A stretch of 32,000 bases of DNA from Candidatus Brevifilum fermentans (GCF_900184705.1 NZ_LT859958.1:230883-262882), one strand, 5' to 3'. Positions 1-9,977 are shown, counted from the first letter of the stretch. The notes: a model not told the origin generated them from the letters alone. Made by a program: numbers and translations.

Positions 1-131
1 TTTTGGTGTGAATCGACAAGAATTTAAGGGAACAATACGTTAATGGGTCAACAATATCTAATATAATTTTTACACCCTGCCTGTAAGATTAATAACAGTA
101 AGAAAAAACAAAAATAATCAAAAAGGAGATC

Positions 132-563
132 ATGATGATTAAAAGAACAGCAAAAGCCGTATGGCAAGGTGATTTGAAGCAGGGCAGCGGTTCACTGGAA
201 TTGGGCAGCGGCGCCTTCCAGGGAAAATATTCCTTCACCTCCCGTTTTGAGGACGGCGTGGGAACCAACCCGGAGGAGTTGATCGGTGCCGCGCACGCGG
301 GCTGCTTCTCGATGGCGCTCAGCTTAGAGCTTTCCAAAGCCGGCTACACCGTGGATGAGATCCAAACCGAAGCGATTGTCTCTCTGGGCAAAGATGGGGA
401 TGGTTTTTCAATTCCCGAAATTAAACTGGTGTCGAAAGCTCGGGTCAAAGATATTACCATGGACGAGTTTATCAAGTACGCATCGGGCGCCAAGGAAAAC
501 TGCCCGGTTTCAAAAGCACTGGCCGGGGTGAAGATATACCTGGAAGCGCATTTGATTAAATAG
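132..563 (+). CDS. OsmC family peroxiredoxin / organic hydroperoxide resistance-like protein
   Basis: 143-aa ORF with AGGAG upstream; motifs GTNPEELIGAAHAGCFSMALS and TGDAKENCPVSKAL-like 'AKENCPVSKAL' containing the two conserved Cys of OsmC proteins. Confidence 0.93.
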   Translation: MMIKRTAKAVWQGDLKQGSGSLELGSGAFQGKYSFTSRFEDGVGTNPEELIGAAHAGCFSMALSLELSKAGYTVDEIQTEAIVSLGKDGDGFSIPEIKLVSKARVKDITMDEFIKYASGAKENCPVSKALAGVKIYLEAHLIK

Positions 564-886
564 CGAATTGTGAATAGGAGACCGGATTTTGTTTAGCAGG
601 TCTTCAGTACCCGTATCCTGTCCCTTAGATGTGGCACTGGTCTGGTGATCGGTGCCACCAGAAGGGTCAGACCATCAGCAATATTCTGGAGGCCTGCATC
701 ATTGAATTTGTAAACGACCACCTCGCACACTGCGTCAACCATCATGGGCTTGAAAAATGAGCTGTCCTTGCATGTGATAATCAATACAATTAAACACTTT
801 TTCAATACGCTTGTTGGATATGACCAGTGGCAAATACCTGCCAGATTTTCGGTCTGTGTTGGAAAATCTGAATACCGCAATGAAAT

Positions 887-1741
887 ATGCAAAATCGAAA
901 CAAAACTGACCGGCAAGCCAGGGCGTTGACCCGCCAGCCCGTATTTTGGGCGAAAATCCTGTTGATCGCTCTGCTGCTATCCGGCTGTTTGCCCCGGCCA
1001 GTAGGCGAAACCGGGTCCATCCCGATGGATCTGTCTGCGCAGATGACTTATGAAGTGGTGAACTCCTTCCCGCATGACCCGGAGGCGTTTACCCAGGGAT
1101 TGGTCTACCATGAGGGTTACCTGTACGAAAGCGCCGGGCTGTATGGCGAATCATCCCTGCGCAAAGTCGCGCTGGAAACTGGAGAGGTGCTGCAGCGCGT
1201 GGAACTTCCTCCACAGGTCTTTGGGGAAGGACTGACTCTATGGGAAGATCGGTTGTTACAGTTAACCTGGCGCGAGGGGCGCGGGTTCATCCACGCGCTT
1301 GAGGGTTTCGCACCCCTGGGCGAATTCACCTATGCAACCGAGGGCTGGGGTCTGACTCATGATGGGGTGCAGCTTATTATGAGTGACGGCAGCCATCGCC
1401 TGTATTTTTTAGACCCGGAAAGCTATCACATGATTGGCACAGTCGAGGTTTTCGACCAGGATCAGCCTGTTGAGCGGCTTAATGAACTGGAATTTATCAA
1501 CGGGGAGGTGTTTGCCAACATCTGGCAGACGGATTGGATCGTCCGCATCGACCCGCAGTCTGGTGTGGTTTTGGGCTGGATCGACATGGCTGGGATCCTG
1601 CCTGAGGCGTTAATCACACCGACCACAGACGTGTTGAACGGCATCGCCTACGATCCGCAAGGCAACCGCTTGTTTGTCACCGGCAAAAACTGGCCACTGC
1701 TGTTCCAGGTTCGCCTGGTGCCCCTTGATGAGGGTCATTAA
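887..1741 (+). CDS. Glutaminyl-peptide cyclotransferase-like (glutamine cyclotransferase) lipoprotein
   Basis: 284-aa ORF; N-terminal hydrophobic segment with lipobox LLSGC; 'SFPHDPEAFTQGLVYHEGYLYESAGLYGESSLRKV' and 'LNELEFINGEVFANIWQTDWIVRIDPQSGVVLGWIDM' are typical of the family. Confidence 0.88.
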   Translation: MQNRNKTDRQARALTRQPVFWAKILLIALLLSGCLPRPVGETGSIPMDLSAQMTYEVVNSFPHDPEAFTQGLVYHEGYLYESAGLYGESSLRKVALETGEVLQRVELPPQVFGEGLTLWEDRLLQLTWREGRGFIHALEGFAPLGEFTYATEGWGLTHDGVQLIMSDGSHRLYFLDPESYHMIGTVEVFDQDQPVERLNELEFINGEVFANIWQTDWIVRIDPQSGVVLGWIDMAGILPEALITPTTDVLNGIAYDPQGNRLFVTGKNWPLLFQVRLVPLDEGH

Positions 1742-1791
1742 ATCAAAAATGGCCAGATCGCTGGCCATTTTCTTTGATTCAGGTTCGCCCA

Positions 1792-2280
1792 TTATTTATT
1801 TTTTGATTTGCCTTCGATCACCTTCGATTTGCTGGCGCCCTTGACTTCAATCCGGCGGGGTTTAACTTCTTCTTTTTTAGGCAGATGGATCTGCAGGATA
1901 CCGTTTTCTGTTTCAGCCTGGATCTTTTCCACGTCCACGGTGCCGGGCAGGGAAATCGTGCGAGAGAAGGTACCAAAGCGGCGTTCTCGCAGGTGGTAAT
2001 GACCCTCTTCGCCTTCTTCACGCTCATCGCGAACTTCGCCCTTGATCGTCAGGTTATTGTCCGTATAAGTGATTTCGATGTTGTCTGCGTCGATGCCAGC
2101 CACGTTGGCTTTAACAACGAACTCGTCTGGTTTTTCCACCATGTCCATGGGCATGCACAGGCTCATCGGTTCTCCGTAAGCATATTCACCGGTATCGTAG
2201 ACATTATCAAGCATACGCTCCAAAGCACGGTTCCAGCTCAGCATTTCTCGAAAGGGATCACGTCGTATTAAATTAGCCAT
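1792..2280 (-). CDS. Hsp20/alpha-crystallin family small heat shock protein
   Basis: ORF 1792..2295, probable start at the internal Met (MANLIRRDPFREM) at 2280; alpha-crystallin domain 'EKPDEFVVKANVAGIDADNIEITYTDNNLTIKGEVR' and 'GTFSRTISLPGTVD...ENGILQIHLPK'. Confidence 0.93.
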   Translation of the reverse strand: MANLIRRDPFREMLSWNRALERMLDNVYDTGEYAYGEPMSLCMPMDMVEKPDEFVVKANVAGIDADNIEITYTDNNLTIKGEVRDEREEGEEGHYHLRERRFGTFSRTISLPGTVDVEKIQAETENGILQIHLPKKEEVKPRRIEVKGASKSKVIEGKSKNK

Positions 2281-2454
2281 TTTTTCGTCCTCCATTGAAC
2301 CTATTTTTATTGACTTACATCTACAGTATAGGGAGGATATGTTTGATTTTCGTCAAAAGGGTATTAACAAAATCTAAAAGATTTAACTTAAAGGGCTGGA
2401 TTGATCGTTTTTTGCTACTGGATGGCCGCCCCTTATGGAGACGAAACCCCGAGT

Positions 2455-3219
2455 TCACTCAAGCGATGTCTTTTCAACCACCCAGAAGTGCGATAAACCA
2501 AAAATCCGCAGGGGCGTTTTTTCCAGCCATTGCAGGACGGCGCGCAGACTCTTTCCAAAACGGGGATGCCGGGCGATGATATTGTCATAGGCACCGAAGA
2601 TGATTGTGCGCTTGATCACGCGTACGGGCAAACCGGAAAACAGGCGTGTGAGATCACGCCGGGTGTAAACATTGACATGAGGAGCCAGTCGATCGCGCCA
2701 GGCACGCGGCAGGTAGTTGATCAGGGGGATATTTCCGAAATGATAAACCCCGCGCCAGTAAAACCCATGGGTCTCGAAAGGGTAGCCGCGATTGGGGCAA
2801 AACAACACCAGCCGCCCCCCTGGTTTTAAGCTGCGCAGGATCTCTTTGATGACAGCACGGTCATCCTGGACGTGCTCCAGCACTTCGTGGCTCAATACCA
2901 GGTCAAAGCGCTCTGCACTCAAGGGCAGGTCTTCCCCGCGGGCATTGACCAGGTGCTCGGCGTGGATTTTGGCTTGCTGCAGGCGCTCAAACTCAATATC
3001 CAGCCCCACGATATTTTCCGTGAATTTCCCCAGGCGAAACAAGTACGTGCCCACTCCACAGCCATTCACCAGCACCGCCTGTTTCTGCCGTCCACCGGCG
3101 GCTTCCAGGATTAATGCCAGGCGACGTTCTTGACCGTCCCGCCAAACATAAGAAGGTTCGCCGCGCAGGGCTGCCTTGTCCAGGTTGCGCACAGAGGGTG
3201 GAGCTTCTTGAGGGGACAT
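2455..3219 (-). CDS. Class I SAM-dependent methyltransferase
   Basis: 254-aa ORF; 'VLVNGCGVGTYLFRL', 'VGLDIEFERLQQAK', 'FDLVLSHEVLEHVQDDRAVIKEILRSLKPGG'. Confidence 0.85.
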   Translation of the reverse strand: MSPQEAPPSVRNLDKAALRGEPSYVWRDGQERRLALILEAAGGRQKQAVLVNGCGVGTYLFRLGKFTENIVGLDIEFERLQQAKIHAEHLVNARGEDLPLSAERFDLVLSHEVLEHVQDDRAVIKEILRSLKPGGRLVLFCPNRGYPFETHGFYWRGVYHFGNIPLINYLPRAWRDRLAPHVNVYTRRDLTRLFSGLPVRVIKRTIIFGAYDNIIARHPRFGKSLRAVLQWLEKTPLRIFGLSHFWVVEKTSLE

Positions 3220-3222
3220 CGA

Positions 3223-4932
3223 TCACTCCATAGCCATCGGGTCGATATCGCGGGTGTGGGGCACCCAGGCCATAATGGTGGTACCATCGCCGGGCACAGT
3301 GGTGATATCCAGGTCTCCGCCAACATTGCGGGCGCGGGTTTGCATGTTTGAAATCCCATGTCCCAGCGTTAGCTGAACCGCTTCAGGATCAAAGCCGCGG
3401 CCATTATCGTGCACTTCCATCAGCACCCGATCAGATGTGGTCCAAACCGACACTTCCACCTTGCTGGCATTGGCGTGTTTGGCGACATTTGCCAGCGCTT
3501 CCTGGCAGATGTGGAACAGGGCAATCGCCTGCGGATCCGGCAAGTTTTCCAACCCTTCAGAGGGACCGCTGAGGGACGTCTCAACCAGAGAATTGACCTG
3601 AAATTCCTTCACCAACCGCCGCAATCCGTCCATCAGGTTCTCTTCATAAAGCTGGCGCGGCCGCATGTCCATGATGAAGGCGCGCAGGTCACGGATCGTG
3701 CTGTTGAGGTCTTCGATGGATTGGTCAATGCGGGTGCGGACCTGGGCGGGCTCTTCCTCGAGCAGCAGACGGGCATGTTCAAGCGTCAGCCCCACCGCGT
3801 AGATGGATTGGATAACACCATCGTGCAGGTCCATCCCAATGCGCTCACGCTCTTCGAGCACAGCCAACCGACGTCCCTGGATATTCAGGCGGACGTTTTC
3901 AATTGTGGTCCCCACCCAGGAGGCGATTGATGAGAGCAATTGTCGATCGATATCCTCCAACGGATCATCCCGCGTGAGGGCAATGCTGAGCACGCCCAGC
4001 ACTTCACTACGGCTGGTAAGTGGAAAACAAGCAATCTGCGCCAGCCCGGCATCCACCAGAGCCTGGTTCCTGAGGAAGGGGTCGTGCCGGTAGGGCAGAC
4101 CGACAATAGAGGGATTGCCGCTGCGGGCTGTACGCCCGATCAGGCTTTCATTCAAGGTGAAGCGTGCCTGGTTCCAGATGGAATGGACGGCATCACCCAG
4201 GTGGATCGCCCTCGAAAGGAAATTTTGACCTTCCTGGTCTAAAAAGATTTCACCGACTTCCACATCGAAATAATTAATCACCCGGTTGAGGGCTGTTTTA
4301 AGCAGATCGTCCAGCTCGGTGATCGACGCCAGGGCTGAAGCCAGGTTATTGAGCAGCGCCAAATCCTGGATGCGACGGGTGAGGGTGCGATCCCGTTCGT
4401 GCAGTTCATCGTAGGAGCGCGCGTTGGAGATTGCCACTGCGGCATAGGCAGCCAGGGTTTCGATCACGCGCTCATCATCCTGCGTGAAGCCGTCTCCGGT
4501 GATTTTATCGACCAGGTAGATTTGCCCCAGGTTGCGCCCGCCCTGGTAGATGGGTACGCCCAGCAGAGAAACAATCCTGGGCGCCTGTTCAGGGAATGCC
4601 ACCAGTCCAAGGTCGGTTTGAATATCCATCACACGCACCGGGTTGCTGGCGTCAGCAATCGCATTGATCAGGTTCATATTGATCGGCGGATGGGGTTGGG
4701 AAAAGACCTGTCCCTCATCGTTCCAGACCGAGATGAATTGCTCGAGATGCCCGCGCTCGGTACGGATGCCAATCGTCGCATAAGCAGCATTGGCTTGCTC
4801 ACAGGCGATGCGGGCGATGCGGTTCAACAGGGAATCAATCGAGATATCCTGCACCAGTTCCAGGCTCACCTGGTGTAAGGCTGCCAGCCTTTCTTCTAAC
4901 TGTTCACAGGAGAGATCTGTTTTGAGGACCAT
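3223..4932 (-). CDS. GAF-domain sensor histidine kinase (NarL-class, HisKA_3 + HATPase)
   Basis: 569-aa ORF; two GAF-like regions, H-box 'ERERIGMDLHDGVIQSIYAVGLTLE', N/G boxes 'ALFHICQEALANVAKHANAS' and 'DNGRGFDP...GHGISNMQTRA'. Confidence 0.9.
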   Translation of the reverse strand: MVLKTDLSCEQLEERLAALHQVSLELVQDISIDSLLNRIARIACEQANAAYATIGIRTERGHLEQFISVWNDEGQVFSQPHPPINMNLINAIADASNPVRVMDIQTDLGLVAFPEQAPRIVSLLGVPIYQGGRNLGQIYLVDKITGDGFTQDDERVIETLAAYAAVAISNARSYDELHERDRTLTRRIQDLALLNNLASALASITELDDLLKTALNRVINYFDVEVGEIFLDQEGQNFLSRAIHLGDAVHSIWNQARFTLNESLIGRTARSGNPSIVGLPYRHDPFLRNQALVDAGLAQIACFPLTSRSEVLGVLSIALTRDDPLEDIDRQLLSSIASWVGTTIENVRLNIQGRRLAVLEERERIGMDLHDGVIQSIYAVGLTLEHARLLLEEEPAQVRTRIDQSIEDLNSTIRDLRAFIMDMRPRQLYEENLMDGLRRLVKEFQVNSLVETSLSGPSEGLENLPDPQAIALFHICQEALANVAKHANASKVEVSVWTTSDRVLMEVHDNGRGFDPEAVQLTLGHGISNMQTRARNVGGDLDITTVPGDGTTIMAWVPHTRDIDPMAME

Positions 4933-5101
4933 AGCGGGCTCATTTTACCCCAAAAGGGGGGCTGTGTTCTGAAGGCAGGCGAGAATCTGATAGCTTTTGG
5001 GAGCCCTTTGCCAGTATATTCCATTAAGTGAATTTATTGTTGATCAATTACCACATCGGGTATGATCATTTCTGATACAACGAACCATGGAGGTCGGGCA
5101 G

Positions 5102-6403
5102 ATGACCGCAAACACGGCACATGAAGAAAAATTTTACAACCTGACACCTGCAGAACGCCTGGCACGCATAACCGATCAGTACCGGCTTTCAGCAGAGGAT
5201 GGGGCAGTATTGAGCGGAGAGCAGGGCCTTTCACTTGAATCTGCAAATCACATGATCGAAAATGTGATTGGCACCTTCAGCCTGCCGCTGGGAATAGCCC
5301 GCAATTTTCTGATCAACGGTCGCGAGGTTCCCGTGCCAATGGTCGTGGAGGAGCCTTCCATCGTCGCTGGCGCTTCTTTCATGGCGAAATTGGCGCGCGG
5401 CACGGGCGGTTTTTTTGCCCACGCAGATGCAGCCGAGATGATTGGGCAAATCCAGGTTTTGGACCTGGACGACCCATCCACTGCCCGACTGGCGCTGCTG
5501 GATAACAAAGAAATGCTGCTGGCAGAAGCTGCGCGGGTTGATCCCGTGCTGATTAAACTGGGCGGCGGACCGCGTGACCTGGAGGTGAGGTTGATCCAGG
5601 ATTCGCCCATCGGGGAATTTGTGGTGGTGCACCTGGTTTACGATGTGGTGGACGCCATGGGCGCTAACGCGGTCAACACAGCCGTGGAACGCCTGGCGCC
5701 GATTATTGAGCGCATCACCGGGGGCAGGGTCCTTCTACGCATTCTCAGCAACCTGGCTGATCGACGTTTAGCGCGCGCCCGGGTGACCATCAACACCGCA
5801 GACCTGACTTTTGGAGAGTTTAGCGGAGAAACCGTGCGCGATGGAATCGTCCAGGCTTGGGCGTTTGCTGCTGCCGACCCTTACCGTGCTGCAACACATA
5901 ACAAGGGCATTATGAATGGCATCGACTCGGTGCTGATTGCAACCGGGAACGATTGGCGCGCTGTGGAAGCCGGTGCGCACGCGTTTGCCGCCCGGGGTGG
6001 GCGCTATACCAGCCTTTCGACCTGGAGCCAGGATGAGACCGGAAACCTGGAGGGGTCACTTGAGATGCCGATGGCTGTTGGCACGGTGGGCGGCGCCACT
6101 CGCGTTCACCCAGCGGCTCAGGCCTGCCTGCGCTTAATGGGAATTAAATCGGCTGCCGACCTGGCTGAGGTGCTGGTTTCGGTCGGCTTGGCACAGAACT
6201 TGGCTGCTTTGCGGGCACTGGCGACAGAGGGCATCCAGCGTGGGCACATGACCCTGCATGCACGCCAGGTAGCGGTTGCCGCCGGCGCACAGCCCGAACA
6301 GATCGATGCCCTGGTCGAACGCTTGATTGCTGATAAAATCATCCGTATTGATCATGCGATAGCAATTTTGGAAGATTGGAATGGAGGAGACCGTGGACAA
6401 TAA
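5102..6403 (+). CDS. Hydroxymethylglutaryl-CoA reductase, class II (degradative-type)
   Basis: ORF 5087..6403, probable start ATG at 5102 preceded by GGAGG at 5089-5093; '[21 protein letters not shown]', '[11 protein letters not shown]', '[12 protein letters not shown]'-like '[39 protein letters not shown]', '[13 protein letters not shown]'. Confidence 0.95.
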   Translation: MTANTAHEEKFYNLTPAERLARITDQYRLSAEDGAVLSGEQGLSLESANHMIENVIGTFSLPLGIARNFLINGREVPVPMVVEEPSIVAGASFMAKLARGTGGFFAHADAAEMIGQIQVLDLDDPSTARLALLDNKEMLLAEAARVDPVLIKLGGGPRDLEVRLIQDSPIGEFVVVHLVYDVVDAMGANAVNTAVERLAPIIERITGGRVLLRILSNLADRRLARARVTINTADLTFGEFSGETVRDGIVQAWAFAAADPYRAATHNKGIMNGIDSVLIATGNDWRAVEAGAHAFAARGGRYTSLSTWSQDETGNLEGSLEMPMAVGTVGGATRVHPAAQACLRLMGIKSAADLAEVLVSVGLAQNLAALRALATEGIQRGHMTLHARQVAVAAGAQPEQIDALVERLIADKIIRIDHAIAILEDWNGGDRGQ

Positions 6404-7484
6404 TGAGCATTTGTCAGCGCAGCAGGGAGGAGTGGCTCAAATCCCATCCCGCCCCGTAGGCATTGCCGGTTATGGGGTTTATATTCCGCGGTACCGCTTG
6501 CCCGGCACCGAGGTCTCGCGAATTTGGCTTGGCGAGCCCTCACCCGGCCCGGTTAAAGAGAAAGCCGTGGCGGGGCTCGACGAAGATGTGGTCACCATGT
6601 CGATTGAGGCCGCGCGCAATGCCCTGGCACGGGCGGCAATCGATCCCGAGGAACTGCGAGCGGTGTGGGTGGGCTCGGAATCTCATCCTTATGCGGTTAA
6701 ACCCTCTGGCACGATTGTGGCAGAGGCGATTGGTGCACCGGTTCACGTCCAGGCCGGGGATTTTGAGTTCGCTTGCAAGGCTGGAACAGAGGCGATGGTG
6801 GCTGCCATGGCCCTGGTTGGTTCGCACATGGCGGATTACGCTCTGGCGATCGGCATGGATACCGCCCAGGCTAAACCCGGTGACGCGCTGGAATACACCG
6901 CTGCATCGGGTGGAGCGGCTTATATCATCGGTCCGGCTGAAAACGCCCTGGCATCAATTGACGCTCATTATTCTTTCGTGACCGATACTCCGGATTTCTG
7001 GCGGCGGGAACACCAAATCTACCCCGAACATGGTCAGCGGTTTACCGGTGAGCCGGCTTATTTTAATCACATCATCTCAGCTTCGCGAACCTTGCTGGAT
7101 CAAATGGGTCTCACGGCAGCCGATTTCAAATATGCGGTCTTCCATCAACCCAACACAAAATTTCCCCAACGGGTCAGCAAACAGCTTGGCTTTACGCCGG
7201 AGCAGATCAAAGAGGGGCTGCTCTCACCGGTGATTGGAAACACCTACGCCGGGTCGGGTATGGTTGGGCTGACCGCCATACTGGATATTGCTGAGCCGGG
7301 CGATCGCATCCTGATGACGACCTACGGTTCGGGCGCCGGGTCGGACGCTTTTGTGATCACTGCCCTGGAAGCGCTATTAGAACGACGGAATGCTGCGCCC
7401 AGCACCCAGACTTATATTGCCCGCCGCACACAGATCGATTACGCTACCTATGCCCGCATGCGCGGGAAGATTGCCATGAGATGA
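6393..7484 (+). CDS. Hydroxymethylglutaryl-CoA synthase, archaeal-type
   Basis: ORF 6381..7484; probable GTG start at 6393 with GGAGG at 6383-6387; '[15 protein letters not shown]', '[24 protein letters not shown]', catalytic Cys context '[11 protein letters not shown]', '[13 protein letters not shown]', '[12 protein letters not shown]'. Confidence 0.93.
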   Translation: MDNNEHLSAQQGGVAQIPSRPVGIAGYGVYIPRYRLPGTEVSRIWLGEPSPGPVKEKAVAGLDEDVVTMSIEAARNALARAAIDPEELRAVWVGSESHPYAVKPSGTIVAEAIGAPVHVQAGDFEFACKAGTEAMVAAMALVGSHMADYALAIGMDTAQAKPGDALEYTAASGGAAYIIGPAENALASIDAHYSFVTDTPDFWRREHQIYPEHGQRFTGEPAYFNHIISASRTLLDQMGLTAADFKYAVFHQPNTKFPQRVSKQLGFTPEQIKEGLLSPVIGNTYAGSGMVGLTAILDIAEPGDRILMTTYGSGAGSDAFVITALEALLERRNAAPSTQTYIARRTQIDYATYARMRGKIAMR

Positions 7485-7491
7485 GGGTGCC

Positions 7492-8664
7492 ATGGATAAA
7501 CGCCCATCAGATGTAATTGTGGCTGGCATCAGCCAGACACCGGTCGGTGAGTTTTGGGATCAATCGATCCGCCAGTTGGGAATCGAGGCGATCCTTGATG
7601 CCCGCAAGGATGCAGGCGGTTTGGTGCCCGAGGTGTTGTATGTCGGCAATCTGCTGGCAGTCTCTGCCTCTCGTCAGGCAAACCTGGGCACCCTGCTGGC
7701 TGAGAACGCTGGTCTGCGCGGGATAGAGGGGGTCACTGTGGAAGCAGCCGACGCTTCAGGCGGGGCAGCCTTGCGGCTGGCTTACCTGGCTGTGCGTTCA
7801 GGCGCTGTGAATACAGCCATGGCGCTGGGCGTGGAAAAATTCACCGATGTGATTGGCGGGGCATCGGAAGCCATGCTTGCCCACATGCTGGATGCTGATT
7901 ACGAAGCGGCTGAAGGGTTGACCCCGGTCGGACTGGCAGCGCTTTTATTTAAGCGTTACCTGCTTGAGTATGAGGTCGATCGCGATGCCCTGGCAGGCTT
8001 CCCGGAAACCGCCCATGACAATGCTTCGGTCAATCCAAATGCCATGTTCAAGTATCCGATGCGCCCGGGCGTTTACCAGCAAGCTATTGTTTCCGAGGAT
8101 TTTACCTTGTATGACGTGGCGCCCTATGCGGATGGGGCAGCGGCAGTCCTGCTCACCCGCGAGGATTGCCTGCCCGTGGGTTGGGACCAACCGCGGGTCA
8201 GGCTGATTGGATCCAGCCTGGTTACGGATACGCTTTCTATTCATGACCGCCATCATCCGCTGGAATGGGATGCAGCCCGTTTAAGCGTTGAACGCGCCTG
8301 CCGTGCAGCAGGCATCATGCCCCGGGATGTAGATTTTTTTGAAGTCCACGACGCCACCACCCTGCATACCGTTCTTTCTCTCGAGGCAGCGGGGTTTGCT
8401 TCGCAGGGACAGGGTTGGATGTTGGGCAAGCCTGAGACGATCGGACTGGGCGGTCAGATCCCGATAACCACTTTTGGTGGCTTAAAGGCACGCGGAAATC
8501 CGATCGGTGCAGCCGGGATTTACCAGGCGGTGGAAGCCACGCTGCAATTGCGCGGGCAGGCGGGTACAAACCAGGTGCAGGGTGCCAAACTGGGCTTGAT
8601 CCAGTGCCTGGGCGGGATGGCTTCTACAGCAGCAGTGCATGTTTTAGCAGCGGATAACGGTTAG
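7492..8664 (+). CDS. Thiolase-fold protein (archaeal thiolase-like) lacking the canonical active-site Cys and GHP His
   Basis: 390-aa ORF 8 nt after the HMG-CoA synthase; 'GISQTPVGEFWDQSIRQLGIEAILDA', 'VEAADASGGAALRLAYLAVRSG', 'FFEVHDATTLHTVLSLEAAGFA', 'GGLKARGNPIGAAGIYQ', 'CLGGMASTAAVHVL'. Confidence 0.88.
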   Translation: MDKRPSDVIVAGISQTPVGEFWDQSIRQLGIEAILDARKDAGGLVPEVLYVGNLLAVSASRQANLGTLLAENAGLRGIEGVTVEAADASGGAALRLAYLAVRSGAVNTAMALGVEKFTDVIGGASEAMLAHMLDADYEAAEGLTPVGLAALLFKRYLLEYEVDRDALAGFPETAHDNASVNPNAMFKYPMRPGVYQQAIVSEDFTLYDVAPYADGAAAVLLTREDCLPVGWDQPRVRLIGSSLVTDTLSIHDRHHPLEWDAARLSVERACRAAGIMPRDVDFFEVHDATTLHTVLSLEAAGFASQGQGWMLGKPETIGLGGQIPITTFGGLKARGNPIGAAGIYQAVEATLQLRGQAGTNQVQGAKLGLIQCLGGMASTAAVHVLAADNG

Positions 8665-8809
8665 TCGGTAGTTGGATGGCAGAAGGAAGACAGGTTTTCG
8701 ATCGATGGGAGTCTTCCTGTAAGAATTCACCTTCAGACTTTAAATCCCTGATCTTATTTCAATGATACAATCTACAAACGATGATGACCACGATTCAGGA
8801 GGACATTCC

Positions 8810-9820
8810 ATGAAGGTTTTGATCACTGGCGGGGCAGGCTACATCGGCAGCACAATTTGTTCGGCGCTGCTGGATCACGGGCATACCCCGGTTATCCTCG
8901 ATTCCCTGGTCACCGGTCAGCTCGCTTTCACCCGTGGACGCATCTTCTACCATGGCGACATCGCTGACCAGGACCTGGTGCGGCAGGTTTTTAAGGACCA
9001 TCCAGACATCACTGCAACGATCCACTGTGCCGCCCTGATCGTGGTGCCTGAATCTGTGTCAAAACCCTACGAGTATTACCAGGAAAACGTGGTCAAGTCG
9101 ATGGATTTCTTTTTCCAGTTAGCGACTCTGGGTTACCCGCGGGTGGTGTTCAGCTCATCAGCAGCAATTTATGATGTAGTGCCCGGTTTCATGGTCACGG
9201 AGTCGTCTCCGCTTAATCCCATTAGCCCTTATTCGCGCACCAAGTACATGATGGAGATGATCCTCAAAGATTTTTGCCACGCCTACGGGCTGAAGGGTAT
9301 TGCCCTGCGTTATTTCAACCCGATTGGTGCAGACCCGCACATGCGCACGGGTCTGCACATCAAAGAGCCCAGTCACATCCTCGGGCGGTTGGTGGCAGTG
9401 GCGCGGGGAGAGGCACCGGAGTTCCAAATCACAGGCACGGACTGGCCCACCCGCGATGGCACTGGCATCCGCGATTATATCCACGTGTGGAACCTGGCTC
9501 TGGCGCACATCAAGGCGGTTGAACGTTTTGATGCGGTTATTGAGGCGGATGCGAGCCTCGAGAATCCCTATGCGGTGATCAACCTGGGAACCGGTCGGGG
9601 CGTTACTGTGCGCGAGATGGTGAAGGCTTTTGAGCATGTTCTCGGCCGCGAAATTCCCAAGGTGGAAATGCCGCCGCGTCCCGGCGATGTGGCCGGCTCC
9701 TATGCCAACGCGGATAAAGCCCTGTCACTGCTGGGCTGGTCGGCTGAACAGTCGATCGAAGCAGGGATAGCCGACGCGCTTAAATGGGGTGAAATACGCG
9801 ACCAGATTTTGGGGTGGTGA
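8810..9820 (+). CDS. galE: UDP-glucose 4-epimerase-like NAD-dependent epimerase
   Basis: Probable start ATG at 8810 with AGGAGG at 8797-8802; 'MKVLITGGAGYIGSTICSALLDHGHTPVILDSL', SDR YxxxK 'YSRTKYMMEMIL', 'YFNPIGADP', 'GTGRGVTVREMV'. Confidence 0.9.
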   Translation: MKVLITGGAGYIGSTICSALLDHGHTPVILDSLVTGQLAFTRGRIFYHGDIADQDLVRQVFKDHPDITATIHCAALIVVPESVSKPYEYYQENVVKSMDFFFQLATLGYPRVVFSSSAAIYDVVPGFMVTESSPLNPISPYSRTKYMMEMILKDFCHAYGLKGIALRYFNPIGADPHMRTGLHIKEPSHILGRLVAVARGEAPEFQITGTDWPTRDGTGIRDYIHVWNLALAHIKAVERFDAVIEADASLENPYAVINLGTGRGVTVREMVKAFEHVLGREIPKVEMPPRPGDVAGSYANADKALSLLGWSAEQSIEAGIADALKWGEIRDQILGW

Positions 9821-9825
9821 AGGGG

Positions 9826-9977
9826 GCAACATAAAGGTTGCGGCGTTGAGTCATCTCCTAAAAGCGTATTCACGATGATCGTGTTTGGAGCGGAACGCCA
9901 GAAGCACAGCGAAAAGGTCTGAAGAAAAGCGAGCGAGATCAGGGTTCATAATTTAATTTCTCATCGAATGCGAGAAA
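9826..9977 (+). other. Intergenic segment with several closely spaced possible stem-loops; candidate structured RNA or 3' UTR
   Basis: Hand-found arms: GCAAC 9826-9830/GTTGC 9837-9841; GGCGTT 9842-9847/AACGCC 9894-9899 enclosing CTCC 9855-9858/GGAG 9887-9890 and CACGA 9871-9875/TCGTG 9879-9883; TTTCTC 9957-9962/GAGAAA 9972-9977. Confidence 0.25.

Noticed and set aside
593-916. 107-aa - strand ORF in the OsmC/cyclotransferase spacer
   Set aside because: No recognised family and it overlaps the 5' end of the cyclotransferase gene; could be a degraded fragment but I cannot support it as a gene.
2325-2356. Possible sigma70 promoter for hsp20 (TTGACG ... TATACT on - strand)
   Set aside because: Spacing between the boxes is 20 nt, too long for a confident call.
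6463-6981. 172-aa + strand ORF overlapping HMG-CoA synthase
   Set aside because: Different frame of the strongly conserved HMGS gene; protein is Arg/Trp/Pro-rich nonsense-like.
8685-8717. GGAAGAC/GTCTTCC hairpin after the thiolase-like gene
   Set aside because: A 7-bp stem with a 19-nt loop and no U-tract; too weak to call a terminator.
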